The position numbers and the translations under genes are program-made. A stretch of 64,000 nucleotides of DNA from NCBI RefSeq assembly GCF_014762765.1, contig NZ_JABURH010000100.1, positions 454-64,453 of the forward strand. Direction: 5' to 3'. This document shows, in pieces, positions 1-9,752 of the stretch (the stretch's first letter is position 1; every line of letters starts with the position of its first letter). The notes beneath the pieces were generated by a model. It worked only from the letters and a program-made list of their open reading frames with translations. It made no database searches and was not told where the DNA came from. Origin of the DNA: Alcanivorax sp. GTDB lineage: Bacteria > Pseudomonadota > Gammaproteobacteria > Pseudomonadales > Alcanivoracaceae.

Positions 1-49
1 CCCCGGGCAGCTACATCGGCAATGCGCCCCAGCAAGCGCGCAATATCTG

Positions 50-1183
50 ATGACCGACGCTTCGGGCCTGCCCACCTTCACGCTGCCGCTCACCCCGGCA
101 GCGTTTTTGCGTGATTACTGGCAGAAAAAGCCCCTGTTCATGCCCGGCGCCGCCAGCGGCCTGGATGAGCCTGACGCCGACACTCTGGCCGGGCTGGCGC
201 TGGAAGAGAATGTAGAAGCCCGCATCATTCGCGGCGCCAATGCCGGCCCCTGGGAGCTAAAACAGGGGCCGTTCGAGGAAACCGTGTTTGCCGAGCTGGG
301 CGAGCGGGACTGGACCCTGCTGGTACAGTCCGTGGACCACTATCTCACCGACGTCTCCCTACTGCTGGATAGCTTCAACTTCCTGCCCAGCTGGCGGCTG
401 GAAGACATCATGATGAGCTATGCCGCCAAGGGCGGCAGCGTCGGCCCCCATTTCGACCGCTATGACGTCTTTCTGATTCAGGCCGCCGGTAGCCGCCGCT
501 GGCAGATCGGCGACGCCTGCGACGAAAAAACCGCGAAATTGCCGCATCCTGAGCTGAAGTTGCTGGCCGACATGCCTGTGCGGGAAGAGTTCGTGGCCAA
601 TCCCGGTGATGTGCTCTACCTGCCACCCGGCGTAGCTCACCATGGGGTCGCCGAAGACAGCGACTGTATCACTTGGTCGGTGGGTTTCCGGGCCCCGGAT
701 TACCAGATGCTGATGGCGGAAATCGCCGGTGAATGCCTGGCCGATGCGGACAGCGAGCTGTTTACCGACGCGGACCGGCAGGTGCCCAAGGACCCGGCAG
801 TCCTGGCCGATGGCGACCGTCAGCAACTGATTCGCGGCGCCCTGGATCTGCTCAATCCGGCCGCCATCGAACGGGCAGTTTATCGCTGGCTGTCCACCCC
901 CCGGCTGGATGGACTTGAATTTGCCGTCGATGATGCCCATATTCGCCAGCGCGATCCGTCGATCGCCCTGGTGCGCCATGGTAGTGTGCGCCTGATTTTG
1001 CAGGGCAACATTGCCTGGCTGAACGGTGAGCCACACTCACTGACAGAACAACAACGACCACTGGTACAGCTGCTGGCCCGCCAGCGCTGTTATACCCGTG
1101 AAGCGCTGGATGCCGTGCTGCAGCCAGCCGGGAGTGAATTGCTACATGACTGGATTGAACAGGGCTTCTTCGCCCCACTATAA
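50..1183 (+). CDS. roxA: JmjC/cupin ribosomal protein uL16 arginine 3-hydroxylase (YcfD/RoxA)
   Basis: 377 aa. Cupin_4 motifs GGSVGPHFDRYDVFLIQ and PGDVLYLPPGVAHHG with the HxD...H iron triad. Confidence 0.85.
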   Translation: MTDASGLPTFTLPLTPAAFLRDYWQKKPLFMPGAASGLDEPDADTLAGLALEENVEARIIRGANAGPWELKQGPFEETVFAELGERDWTLLVQSVDHYLTDVSLLLDSFNFLPSWRLEDIMMSYAAKGGSVGPHFDRYDVFLIQAAGSRRWQIGDACDEKTAKLPHPELKLLADMPVREEFVANPGDVLYLPPGVAHHGVAEDSDCITWSVGFRAPDYQMLMAEIAGECLADADSELFTDADRQVPKDPAVLADGDRQQLIRGALDLLNPAAIERAVYRWLSTPRLDGLEFAVDDAHIRQRDPSIALVRHGSVRLILQGNIAWLNGEPHSLTEQQRPLVQLLARQRCYTREALDAVLQPAGSELLHDWIEQGFFAPL

Positions 1184-1193
1184 CGAGACCCCT

Positions 1194-1619
1194 ATGGCTA
1201 TCAGCATTATCGAGACCCGCTGGGACGAAAACGAAACCGCCCTGCGAGCCCTTCGCCAGAAGGTCTTCATCAGTGAACAGCATGTTCCCGAAGAGCTGGA
1301 ATGGGATGGCGAAGATGACAAGGCCATCCACTTTCTGGCACTGGACCGGGAACAGAACCCGGTAGGCTGCATTCGCCTGCTGCCAAGTGGCCAGATCAGC
1401 CGCCTGTGTGTGCTCTCCGAGCAACGCAACAATGGTGTCGGCAGTTCCCTGCTGGTGGCTGCGGAAGAAGCCGCCCGCGCCAAGGGCATGGAAGAAATCT
1501 TTCTGCACGCCCAGACCCACGCCACCAGCTTCTACGAAGCGGCCGGTTTTGCGGTTTCCGGCGGCATCTTCATGGATGCCAACATTCCCCATCGCCAGAT
1601 GTTCAAACCCCTGGTCTGA
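1194..1619 (+). CDS. GNAT family N-acetyltransferase (YjcF/ElaA-like)
   Basis: ATG at 1194, in frame with ORF 1098..1619. Motifs LRQKVFISEQHVP, RNNGVGSSLL (acetyl-CoA binding) and LHAQTHATSFY. Confidence 0.85.
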   Translation: MAISIIETRWDENETALRALRQKVFISEQHVPEELEWDGEDDKAIHFLALDREQNPVGCIRLLPSGQISRLCVLSEQRNNGVGSSLLVAAEEAARAKGMEEIFLHAQTHATSFYEAAGFAVSGGIFMDANIPHRQMFKPLV

Positions 1620-2116
1620 TGCCCTTTGTCATCGGCGACGACGACACCCTGCTCCACCCGGAATTCCGTGAGGCCAGCGCTGCGCTGGCCACGCTGATCG
1701 CGGCCTGCCGGCGCAGTCTGTGGCTGCGGATACCGGCGCTGGATGGTCTGACCGCCAACCGCGACCTCTGTGACACCCTCAAGCTCTTGGCCTTGAGCAG
1801 TGCCAAAGTGGATATCCGCATTCAGTACGACAGCGAGGACAACGCCGTACGCAACGGGCACCGCCTGATCCATCTGGCCCGCCGACTGCCGTCGCGCATC
1901 CAGCTTCGCCAGAGCCAGGAGGATGACCGGGACGGCCAGCTCTGCTTTGCCATCGGCGATGGTACCGGGTTATTCGAAGCTCCGGGCTGGCCACGCCCCA
2001 GCCGCCTCGACCTGTGCGCCCACCGCCTGCCCCGGGCACCGCGCCTGGCCCGGCAGTTTCAGGAGCAATGGGAGCGAGCCGCAACCTCAACAGAGTTGAG
2101 AGAGCTCCGTCTGTAG
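1619..2116 (+). CDS. conserved hypothetical protein, translationally coupled to the GNAT gene
   Basis: ATG overlaps the GNAT stop (TGATG at 1617-1621). 165 aa in the frame of ORF 1406..2116. Confidence 0.65.
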   Translation: MPFVIGDDDTLLHPEFREASAALATLIAACRRSLWLRIPALDGLTANRDLCDTLKLLALSSAKVDIRIQYDSEDNAVRNGHRLIHLARRLPSRIQLRQSQEDDRDGQLCFAIGDGTGLFEAPGWPRPSRLDLCAHRLPRAPRLARQFQEQWERAATSTELRELRL

Positions 2117-2210
2117 GGTGGATTAGCCCAAAGGGCATAATCCACCAGAGACATCTTGCCGGGCTTCATATCTTGTGAGGGTGGTGGATTACGGCCTTCG
2201 ACCGGAAATC
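2113..2210. repeat. GTAG-type REP hairpin with a truncated second copy
   Basis: GTAG-GGTGGATTA-GCCCAAAGGGC-A-TAATCCACC at 2113-2146. Second arm GGTGGATTACGG... starts at 2183 but lacks the closing TAATCCACCCTAC. Confidence 0.65.
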
Positions 2211-2214
2211 ATTA

Positions 2215-2290
2215 TTTTCCACAAAGGCACAGAGCACACAGAGATAAAGTATCATTTCCTCAGTGAACTCTGTGCCCTCTGTGGTAAAAA
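2215..2290. repeat. CACAGAG 9-nt-period palindromic element, copy A
   Basis: Right arm TTTCCTCAGTGAACTCTGTGCCCTCTGTGGT is identical to copy B and is the exact reverse complement of the left arm of copy C. Confidence 0.9.
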
Positions 2291-2298
2291 CCATAGCC

Positions 2299-2967
2299 TC
2301 ACAGACGCGCTGTCAACCGCCAGTTCACCTGACCGCTGGCCTGGTATTTTTCCTCGAAATCCGTCAACGGCTCGCTCTGCATCGGCAGCTCTGACAGCTC
2401 CGCCCTGATACCAGTGATCGCCAGTGCCGCCTGCACTTCCTGCAGATACAGTGGCCAGTTACTGCGAATTTCCAGCTCGCCGCCCAGCGACAACACCGTG
2501 GGCCAGACCGGGTGGCCGTGCCAGCGACGCTTCAGATGGGCGCTTTTCGGCCAGGGGTTGGGATAGAGAATCTGATGACGGGCCAACAGCCAGCCCTCCC
2601 CGACCATCAACCGCCACAGGCCAGCGCAATCTGCTCGCAACAACCGCAAATTGTCCGGCAAAGCATCAAATCGCCGCTCCGCCCGCTGCAACCGCACAGC
2701 AGACTGGTCCACCCCTACCACCAACGCCTCGGGGTGCTGGCTGGCCAGCAACAAGGAAGAACGCCCGGTGCCGCAACCGGAATCCAGCATCAACGGCCGC
2801 TCTGCCCCCTGCTCCATTCGCCATTGCTGCAGTTGCGCAAACGCCTGAACATCATGGTCCGCAATTGGCGCCCGCCAGGGGCTTTGCAGGTGTCGACGGA
2901 CCACCCTCTCAAGATCATCGTGGATTCCGCTTTGGTTAGAGGTAACGCTACGGCTATTGGCAAACAT
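2299..2967 (-). CDS. TrmB-like SAM-dependent methyltransferase
   Basis: LDSGCGTG (motif I), VGVD and YPNPWPKSAHLKRRW (cf. TrmB FPDPWPKxxHxKRR). Confidence 0.75.
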   Translation of the reverse strand: MFANSRSVTSNQSGIHDDLERVVRRHLQSPWRAPIADHDVQAFAQLQQWRMEQGAERPLMLDSGCGTGRSSLLLASQHPEALVVGVDQSAVRLQRAERRFDALPDNLRLLRADCAGLWRLMVGEGWLLARHQILYPNPWPKSAHLKRRWHGHPVWPTVLSLGGELEIRSNWPLYLQEVQAALAITGIRAELSELPMQSEPLTDFEEKYQASGQVNWRLTARL

Positions 2968-3059
2968 GGCAACTCTGGGACAACTTCAGGCGGCGGCCAT
3001 TATGCCTGTGATCCTGTAAAGATGCGCAATGAAGCAGCCATGTTAGAGTGAGAAAAAGC

Positions 3060-3848
3060 ATGTCGGAGCCGACCATGATGCAACGAATACAGCGCTGCCG
3101 AAATCTCGTTCTGCTGCTCAGCCTGCTGCTGGCGATGTTCGGCCAGAGCCTGGCAGACTCCATGCGCATACATGTATTGCCCCGCCCGGATGCAGCGGCC
3201 CTACTGCCGGTTATCCAGCCGCTACTGGCGCCTGGCGGCAGCGTGCGTGCTTATCAGGGCAAGTTGATCATCCGCACCACCGACAGCAATATGGCCGAAC
3301 TGGAAGGTGCGCTGGGCAGCCTGGAGGCAAAACCCAGCGCCCTGGTTGTTCATCTTCGTCGTCAGGGCAGCAGCAGCGAACAACGCAACGGTGTGGACAC
3401 CCGTATTGAAGGCCACATTCCCGGCGGCGTATCCGGTGATATCCGCATTGAACAAAGTCAGCGGCAAACAAGCCAGCAGGACCATTACCGGATCCGCACC
3501 CTCAGCGGTTACCCCGCCCATATCAGCCAGGGCACCCTGCTCGCCCTCGGCGGCGGCTATTACGGCACCGTGTTTGCCGAGCTGCAACAGGGGATTCAGG
3601 TGGTGCCGCAACTGACCCCGGATGGCAGCGTCGTCCTGCAGATCCGCCAGCGCTACGACCAACCGGGCGGCCAGGGCGTGGCATACACCCAATCCAGCGG
3701 CACCACCCTGCGGCTACAGCCGGGTGTCTGGCAACCCATGGGCAGCATCCGCGTAGACCGCCAACAGGACCAGCATGGTTTTGGCGGGGTGCAGAGCAGC
3801 AGCCAGCAGGTCAATCTGCCGCTGGAGGTAATGGTGGAAAAGGAATAG
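3060..3848 (+). CDS. exported protein with a secretin N-terminal (NolW-like) short domain
   Basis: Signal peptide (LVLLLSLLLAMFGQSLA) and a Secretin_N-like segment LLPVIQPLLAPGGSVRAYQGKLIIRT. Start uncertain (3048/3060/3075). Confidence 0.6.
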   Translation: MSEPTMMQRIQRCRNLVLLLSLLLAMFGQSLADSMRIHVLPRPDAAALLPVIQPLLAPGGSVRAYQGKLIIRTTDSNMAELEGALGSLEAKPSALVVHLRRQGSSSEQRNGVDTRIEGHIPGGVSGDIRIEQSQRQTSQQDHYRIRTLSGYPAHISQGTLLALGGGYYGTVFAELQQGIQVVPQLTPDGSVVLQIRQRYDQPGGQGVAYTQSSGTTLRLQPGVWQPMGSIRVDRQQDQHGFGGVQSSSQQVNLPLEVMVEKE

Positions 3849-3865
3849 CGTCTCACTCGAAGCCG

Positions 3866-4107
3866 CTGTAGGAGCGGCGCTTGAGCCGCGAACCTTGCGC
3901 AGCAAGGAAGTCGCCCGTAGGGCGATCAGGGCTCCCAGAGCTCGACAGGTTTCTACACTGTGTGCGGCGCCTACATGGTCCCCGATAACGTTGTGGGAAA
4001 CGTGACTGGAAGCGTGTTACTGCGTTTGCCTGAGACTGCAATGCTTGATCGCCCTACAGGCGATTCCGCGCTCCGCGCGGTTCGCGGCTCAAGCGCCGCT
4101 CCTACAG
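3866..4107. repeat. REPIN-like element bounded by a perfect 29-bp GTAG inverted repeat
   Basis: CTGTAGGAGCGGCGCTTGAGCCGCGAACC (3866-3894) and its reverse complement (4079-4107). A nested inner repeat GTAGGGCGATCA/TGATCGCCCTAC is present. Confidence 0.85.
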
Positions 4108-4152
4108 TCGCTTCGTAGAAGGCATTTCCAGCGAAGCGTAGCTTGTAGCGAA

Positions 4153-4179
4153 AAAAAGCCCCGCGGTGCGGGGCTTTTT
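4153..4179. terminator. bidirectional intrinsic terminator
   Basis: AAAAAGCCCCGC-GGT-GCGGGGCTTTTT between convergent genes, next to the glcB stop. Confidence 0.85.
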
Positions 4180-4182
4180 GTC

Positions 4183-6342
4183 TTACTGGGCTTTCAGCTC
4201 ACGGCGACGACGGTGCAGAACCGGCTCGGTGTAGCCGCTGGGCTGGGAGCAGCCCTCGAACACCAGCTCTACCGCTGCCTGGAAGGCGACGGAGTTGTCG
4301 AAGTCCTTGGCCATGGGCACGTACAGCGGATCGTTGGCGTTCTGACGATCGACCACTTCGGCCATGCGCTTCAGGGTTTCCATCACCTGTTCCTGGTTGG
4401 TGATGCCGTGGTGCAGCCAGTTGGTCACGTGCTGGCTGGAGATACGCAGGGTGGCGCGGTCTTCCATCAGGCCCACATCATTGATGTCCGGCACCTTGGA
4501 ACAACCGACGCCCTGGTCGATCCAGCGTACCATGTAACCCAGAATACCCTGGGCGTTGTTATCCAGCTCCTGCTGGATCTCCTCGGCGGACAGCTCACGG
4601 GTGAGCAGCGGCACGGTGAGGATGTCGTCCAGGGAGGCACGCTTGCGGTTGGCCAGCTCTTTCTGCACCTGGGCCACGTTCACTTCGTGGTAGTGGGTCA
4701 CGTGCAGGGTAGCGGCGGTCGGGGACGGCACCCAGGCGCAGTTGGCGCCGGCTTTCGGGTGACCAGCCTTGGTGGCCATCATCTCGGCCATCTCGTCCGG
4801 CTTGGGCCACATGCCCTTGCCGATCTGGGCGTGGCCCGGCAGGCCGCACTCCAGGCCGATATCCACGTTCCAGTCTTCGTAGGCGTTGATCCACGGCAGG
4901 GCTTTCATGTCGCCCTTGCGCGCCATGGGGCCCGCTTCCATGGAAGTGTGCATTTCGTCACCGGTACGATCCAGGAAGCCGGTGTTGATGAAGATCACAC
5001 GCTCCTTGGCCTGACGGATACACTCCTTCAGGTTGACGGTGGTGCGGCGCTCTTCGTCCATAATGCCAATTTTCAAGGTGTTAGCAGCCAAACCTAAGGC
5101 TTTTTCTACACGCTCGAACAGCTCAACAGCGAAAGCCACTTCTTCCGGGCCGTGCATCTTGGGCTTCACGATGTACATGGAACCGGTGCGGCTGTTGCTC
5201 AGTGTGTTGAGCTTCTTCAGGTCATGCAGACCCGCCAGTACGGTCACCATGCCGTCCATGATGCCTTCCGGAGTCTCTTCCCCGTTCATCAGGATGGCCG
5301 GGTTGGTCATCAGGTGGCCCACGTTACGGACCAGCAGCAGGGAGCGACCGTGCAGGGTCAGGGTGGAGCCGTCCAGGGCGGTGTACTCGCGATCCGGGTT
5401 CATGGCGCGGGTCATGGTCTTGCCGCCCTTCTCGAAGGACTCCTGCAGGTCGCCCTTCATCAGGCCCGCCCAGTTGCGGTACACCTCGACCTTGTCTTCC
5501 GCATCCACGGCAGCCACGGAGTCTTCGCAGTCCTGGATGGTGGTGATGGCGGATTCCAGCAGCACATCCTTCATGTTCGCCGCGTCTTCAGCACCAATCG
5601 GGTGGCTGGCGTCGATCTGGATTTCCGCATGCAGGTTGTTGTGCTTGAGCAGGATGCCGGACGGAGCCGCCGCATCGCCCACGTAGCCCTGCAGCTGGGA
5701 CTCGTCTTTCAGGCCGCTCTTGTCACCGCCCAGAGACACTTCCAGCTTGCCATCGACGATGGCGTAGCCAGTGCTGTCCTTGTGGGAGCCGCTGGCCAGG
5801 GGGAAATAGTTATCCAGGAAGTCGCGGGCCCAGGCGATCACCTTGGCGCCACGCTTGGGGTTGTAGGCACCGCCTTTCTCGGCGCCGCCTTCATCGGAAA
5901 TCACGTCGGTGCCGTACAGGGCATCGTACAGGCTGCCCCAGCGGGCATTGGCCGCGTTCAGGGCGAAGCGGGCATTCTTCACCGGTACCACCAGCTGCGG
6001 CCCGGCGATGGTGCCGATCTCGTCATCCACATTCTCGGTGGTGACCTTGAAGTCGTCGCCTTCCGGCAACAGGTAGCCGATCTCGGTCAGGAACTGCTTG
6101 TACTCGGCCATGTCGATGGCCTGGCCTTTACGGGCCTTGTACCACTCATCCAGTTGCGCCTGGATGGTTTCACGCTTTTCCAGCAGCGCCTTGTTCTTGG
6201 GCGCCAGGTCCTTGAGGATGCTTTCCAGCTCGGCCCAGAAGTGTTCCGGGTCCACGCCGGTGCCCGGCGCAATCTCGTTGACTACCAGATCATGGAGTTC
6301 GGCAGCGATTTCGAGGCTACCCTTCTGAATACGATCGGTCAT
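4183..6342 (-). CDS. glcB: malate synthase G
   Basis: 719 aa from MTDRIQKG. Motifs [44 protein letters not shown] and [11 protein letters not shown]. Confidence 0.97.
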   Translation of the reverse strand: MTDRIQKGSLEIAAELHDLVVNEIAPGTGVDPEHFWAELESILKDLAPKNKALLEKRETIQAQLDEWYKARKGQAIDMAEYKQFLTEIGYLLPEGDDFKVTTENVDDEIGTIAGPQLVVPVKNARFALNAANARWGSLYDALYGTDVISDEGGAEKGGAYNPKRGAKVIAWARDFLDNYFPLASGSHKDSTGYAIVDGKLEVSLGGDKSGLKDESQLQGYVGDAAAPSGILLKHNNLHAEIQIDASHPIGAEDAANMKDVLLESAITTIQDCEDSVAAVDAEDKVEVYRNWAGLMKGDLQESFEKGGKTMTRAMNPDREYTALDGSTLTLHGRSLLLVRNVGHLMTNPAILMNGEETPEGIMDGMVTVLAGLHDLKKLNTLSNSRTGSMYIVKPKMHGPEEVAFAVELFERVEKALGLAANTLKIGIMDEERRTTVNLKECIRQAKERVIFINTGFLDRTGDEMHTSMEAGPMARKGDMKALPWINAYEDWNVDIGLECGLPGHAQIGKGMWPKPDEMAEMMATKAGHPKAGANCAWVPSPTAATLHVTHYHEVNVAQVQKELANRKRASLDDILTVPLLTRELSAEEIQQELDNNAQGILGYMVRWIDQGVGCSKVPDINDVGLMEDRATLRISSQHVTNWLHHGITNQEQVMETLKRMAEVVDRQNANDPLYVPMAKDFDNSVAFQAAVELVFEGCSQPSGYTEPVLHRRRRELKAQ

Positions 6343-6569
6343 GGTGCTCCTACCCTTCTGGTCGAGAGAGTCTTGGTTAATCGGGACATTCAGCGAAAAC
6401 CCAAGGGCCGATCTCACGTCAGTGAGCTCGGAGGAAGTCGCAGAAGCCCGGGGAAACGGTTACATGGCCATCCGATGGACAGCCCCGCAAAAAGGCGCGG
6501 GCATTTTACCGGAAACGTGGCCGTGAATCATGTTTAGTGGCAAATCAGGGGAAATCGTTGCTTTTTTAA

Positions 6570-7427
6570 TCAACCGAACAGGTTGACCACATCCAGTCGA
6601 TGGGCCTGCTCGCCGCCCTGCTGCTGGCCGTCTTCCAGGTTCTCGAAATCAAACAGACGGGTATCGGCCAATTGGGAGGGGGCAATATTCTGGATCGCGG
6701 CAAAGATGTTCTCGATGCGCCCGGGCTGGTCCCGGTCCCACTTGTTGAGCATCTCCTTGATCACCTGTCGTTGCAGGTTTTCCTGGGAGCCGCAAAGGTT
6801 ACAGGGGATGATCGGGAAATCCTTGAAGTTGGAGAACTCGATGATGTCCTTTTCGCGGCAGTAGGCCAGCGGGCGAATGACGATATTGCGGTTATCGTCG
6901 CTGCGCAGCTTGGGCGGCATGGCTTTCATCTTGCCGCCGTAGAACATGTTCAGGAACAGGGTTTCAATGATGTCATCGCGGTGATGGCCCAGGGCGATCT
7001 TGTTGGCGCCGATTTCCTCGGCAAAGCCGTACAGGCTGCCCCGGCGCAGGCGGGAACACAGACCACAGGTGGTTTTGCCCTCGGGGACCTTCTCCTTGAC
7101 GATGGAATAGGTGTCCTTTTCCAGGATGTGGTAGGCCACCCCTTCCTTTTCCAGGTATTCGGGCAGTACATGCTCCGGGAAGCCTGGCTGCTTCTGGTCC
7201 AGGTTCACCGCCACCAGCTCGAAATTCACCGGTGCCGAATGCTGCAGATTGCGCAGGATTTCCAGCATGGTGTAGGAATCCTTGCCGCCGGACAGGCACA
7301 CCATCACCTTGTCGCCCTCACCGATCATGTTGAAATCGGCAATGGCACGACCGACCTCACGCCGCAGCTTCTTCTGCAACTTGTTGAGGCGGGTCCGTTG
7401 TTTGGCGTCCAGGGCATCCACAGACAT
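6570..7427 (-). CDS. ttcA: tRNA 2-thiocytidine(32) synthetase
   Basis: PP-loop [16 protein letters not shown] and CNLCGSQ. Start overlaps the SDR stop (TAATG). Confidence 0.95.
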   Translation of the reverse strand: MSVDALDAKQRTRLNKLQKKLRREVGRAIADFNMIGEGDKVMVCLSGGKDSYTMLEILRNLQHSAPVNFELVAVNLDQKQPGFPEHVLPEYLEKEGVAYHILEKDTYSIVKEKVPEGKTTCGLCSRLRRGSLYGFAEEIGANKIALGHHRDDIIETLFLNMFYGGKMKAMPPKLRSDDNRNIVIRPLAYCREKDIIEFSNFKDFPIIPCNLCGSQENLQRQVIKEMLNKWDRDQPGRIENIFAAIQNIAPSQLADTRLFDFENLEDGQQQGGEQAHRLDVVNLFG

Positions 7428-8224
7428 TACGTCACCTTCATTTTGCGGATCAATCGGCGGTACAGCGCGGGGCTCCAGCGTTTCAGGTAGACGCCCGCCC
7501 CTTCGCGGCCGGCGATGATAACCTGATCACGGCCACGCTGCACGGCCTTCACCAGCCGTTCGGCGCATTCTTCAGGGGGAATACCGGCTTCCTGGGCCTC
7601 GTCCATGCTGCCCTGGGCGGAACCATCCGCGGTGAGCGCATTGAGCGAGACATTGGTACGGATAAAGCCGGGCATCACCAGGGTCACCCGGATTCCGGCA
7701 TCGTACTCTTCCGCGCGCAGGGATTCGAAGAACCCATGCAAGGCATGCTTGCTGGCGCTGTAGGCGCTGCGCAGGGGCGTGGGCAATTCACCCACCAGTG
7801 AGGTGACCACCACAAACCGGCCACTGCCCTGCTCTTTCAGCCAGGGCAGCACCGCCTTGGTCAGTGCCACCGCCCCGAAGAAATTCACCTCCATGATGCG
7901 CCGATCCACCTCAAGATCGGTATCAGCCACCAGGGAACGCTGTGAAATGCCGCCGTTATGGATCACCTGATCAAGGCGATCAAAGCGGTTACGTACGGCC
8001 TCCACCGCCGCAGGCATGGCGCCGCTATCCGCCAGGTCCAGCGGCAGGACCAGATGATCATCGCCGTTGACCAGCCCCTCGCGGACCCGTTGCAGCTCCG
8101 CTTCCCGGCGGGCAGAAAGCACCAGCGTTGCGCCGCGGCGGGCATATTCCTTCGCCACTGCCTCGCCAATGCCGGAGGATGCTCCGGTAATCCATACCAC
8201 CTTGCCAGCCAGCGTTTCGGCCAT
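7427..8224 (-). CDS. SDR family oxidoreductase
   Basis: [12 protein letters not shown] and the catalytic YSASK. Confidence 0.9.
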   Translation of the reverse strand: MAETLAGKVVWITGASSGIGEAVAKEYARRGATLVLSARREAELQRVREGLVNGDDHLVLPLDLADSGAMPAAVEAVRNRFDRLDQVIHNGGISQRSLVADTDLEVDRRIMEVNFFGAVALTKAVLPWLKEQGSGRFVVVTSLVGELPTPLRSAYSASKHALHGFFESLRAEEYDAGIRVTLVMPGFIRTNVSLNALTADGSAQGSMDEAQEAGIPPEECAERLVKAVQRGRDQVIIAGREGAGVYLKRWSPALYRRLIRKMKVT

Positions 8225-8320
8225 CTAACACGCTCCTTGAAGTGAAAAGACACCGCAAGGGTAATGCTATGGACAGGAAATCCAAAGACTGAAACGCCAA
8301 ATACGCCAACTACACAGCCG

Positions 8321-8534
8321 CTGTAGGAGCGCCTCTCGAGGCGCGAACCGGCCGTGGCATGCTTTAGCTTACAGACTAACCTGCATACAACTGGCGAGCC
8401 CTGAAACGCCTGATCGCCCTGCGGACGATTTCCGTGCAAGCGCGGTTCGCGCCTCGAGAGGCGTTATTCGCTGCACTCACCCTTCGGGCCGCACGGAACT
8501 ACGTGTGTTACTCCGCTACGCTCCGTTCCTACAG
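8321..8534. repeat. REPIN-like GTAG element whose right arm is interrupted by a ~63-nt insert
   Basis: Left arm CTGTAGGAGCGCCTCTCGAGGCGCGAACCG. Right arm is CGGTTCGCGCCTCGAGAGGCG (8443-8463) + insert + TCCTACAG (8527-8534). Inner TGATCGCCCT is shared with the 3866 element. Confidence 0.8.
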
Positions 8535-8549
8535 CAGCCTTGTCGCTAA

Positions 8550-9743
8550 TTATTTCAGCTCTTTGGAGGACAGCCCCAGCAGGTGCCGTGCGACGATCAA
8601 CTGCTGGATCTGCTGTGTACCCTCGAAGATGTCGATGATCTTGGAATCCCGGGCCAGCTTTTCCAGCAAAGTCCGCTCGGAATAACCCAGCTCGCCGCAC
8701 AGGGCCACACACTTGAGCGTTACCTCGTTGCCCATGCGCCCGGCTTTAGCCTTGCACATGGAAGCCTCCTTGGAATTGGGCTGGCCATTGTCGGCCATCC
8801 AGGCGGCCTTGAGGGTCATCAGCCGGGCCGCTTCCAGGTCGGCTTCCAAGCGATAAAGCTCCAGCTCCCGGGCCGTAGAATTATAAGGTTGTTTCGAGAA
8901 ATCAGCGGCAACCCCTTCTTTTTCAAATAATTCCCGGGTGATTTCCAGCGCAGCACGGGCCACACCCAGGGCCATGGCAGCCACTTGCGGGCGGGTGTTA
9001 TCGAAGGTCTGCATGACCCCACCGAATGCCTTCTTGCGGGCTTCCTCGGTGTCACCGATCTCCGCAGAACCGAGAATATGGTCCTTGGGAATGCGGCAGT
9101 TGTTGAAAGACAGGGCCGCGGTATCGGACACCCGCAGCCCCATCTTGTCTTCTACCCGCACCAGCTGCAGGCCCGGGTTATCGCGGGGGACAATAAAGGA
9201 TTTGATCGCCGCCTTGCCCAGGGATTTATCCAGTGTCGCCCAGACCACCACCGCGTCGCAGCGCTGGCCGGCGGTGCAGTAGATTTTCTCGCCATTGAGC
9301 ACCCACTCGTCCCCGTCCAGTTCGGCGGTGGTGCTGACGGCGGCGGAATCCGAGCCGGCACCCGGCTCAGTGATGGCCATGGCACAGTAGAGTTTGCCGT
9401 ATTTTTCCTTCTGTTCCGGGGTCCCCACCGCCATGACGGCCGCATTGCCAAGCCCCGAGCCCGGGATCGAGAGCATGAGTCCCACGTCCCCCCAGCACAT
9501 GGCTTCCACCGCCAGGATGCCGGTCATGTTGCTGCCATTTTTGATCTCGTCGCCACCGCCCTTGCCGCCGCTGCCACGAGGCATGGCCGCCATCATCTGT
9601 GCAACCGGTTTCAGTTCTTCCGGGGTGTCGCAGTGCTCGATGGCGTCGTATTTACGGGCAATGGGACGAAAGACACCCGCCGCCAGTTGCTGGGCCATCT
9701 GCTGGACCTGTTGGAGCTTGGCCGGGATTTCCAGGTTGATCAT
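8550..9743 (-). CDS. acyl-CoA dehydrogenase (catalytic Glu present)
   Basis: AITEPGAGSD, LNGEKIYCT and RDSKIIDIFEGTQQIQ. Confidence 0.9.
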   Translation of the reverse strand: MINLEIPAKLQQVQQMAQQLAAGVFRPIARKYDAIEHCDTPEELKPVAQMMAAMPRGSGGKGGGDEIKNGSNMTGILAVEAMCWGDVGLMLSIPGSGLGNAAVMAVGTPEQKEKYGKLYCAMAITEPGAGSDSAAVSTTAELDGDEWVLNGEKIYCTAGQRCDAVVVWATLDKSLGKAAIKSFIVPRDNPGLQLVRVEDKMGLRVSDTAALSFNNCRIPKDHILGSAEIGDTEEARKKAFGGVMQTFDNTRPQVAAMALGVARAALEITRELFEKEGVAADFSKQPYNSTARELELYRLEADLEAARLMTLKAAWMADNGQPNSKEASMCKAKAGRMGNEVTLKCVALCGELGYSERTLLEKLARDSKIIDIFEGTQQIQQLIVARHLLGLSSKELK

Positions 9744-9752
9744 GTCTCTCTC

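Noticed and set aside
6343-6569. Glycine riboswitch upstream of glcB (a known arrangement in some marine bacteria)
   Set aside because: The minus-strand leader has small hairpins but lacks the GAGAG...GAAGG...CTCTCAGG aptamer signature.
8294-8309. ACGCCAA duplicated at 9-nt spacing
   Set aside because: Only two units, compatible with chance.
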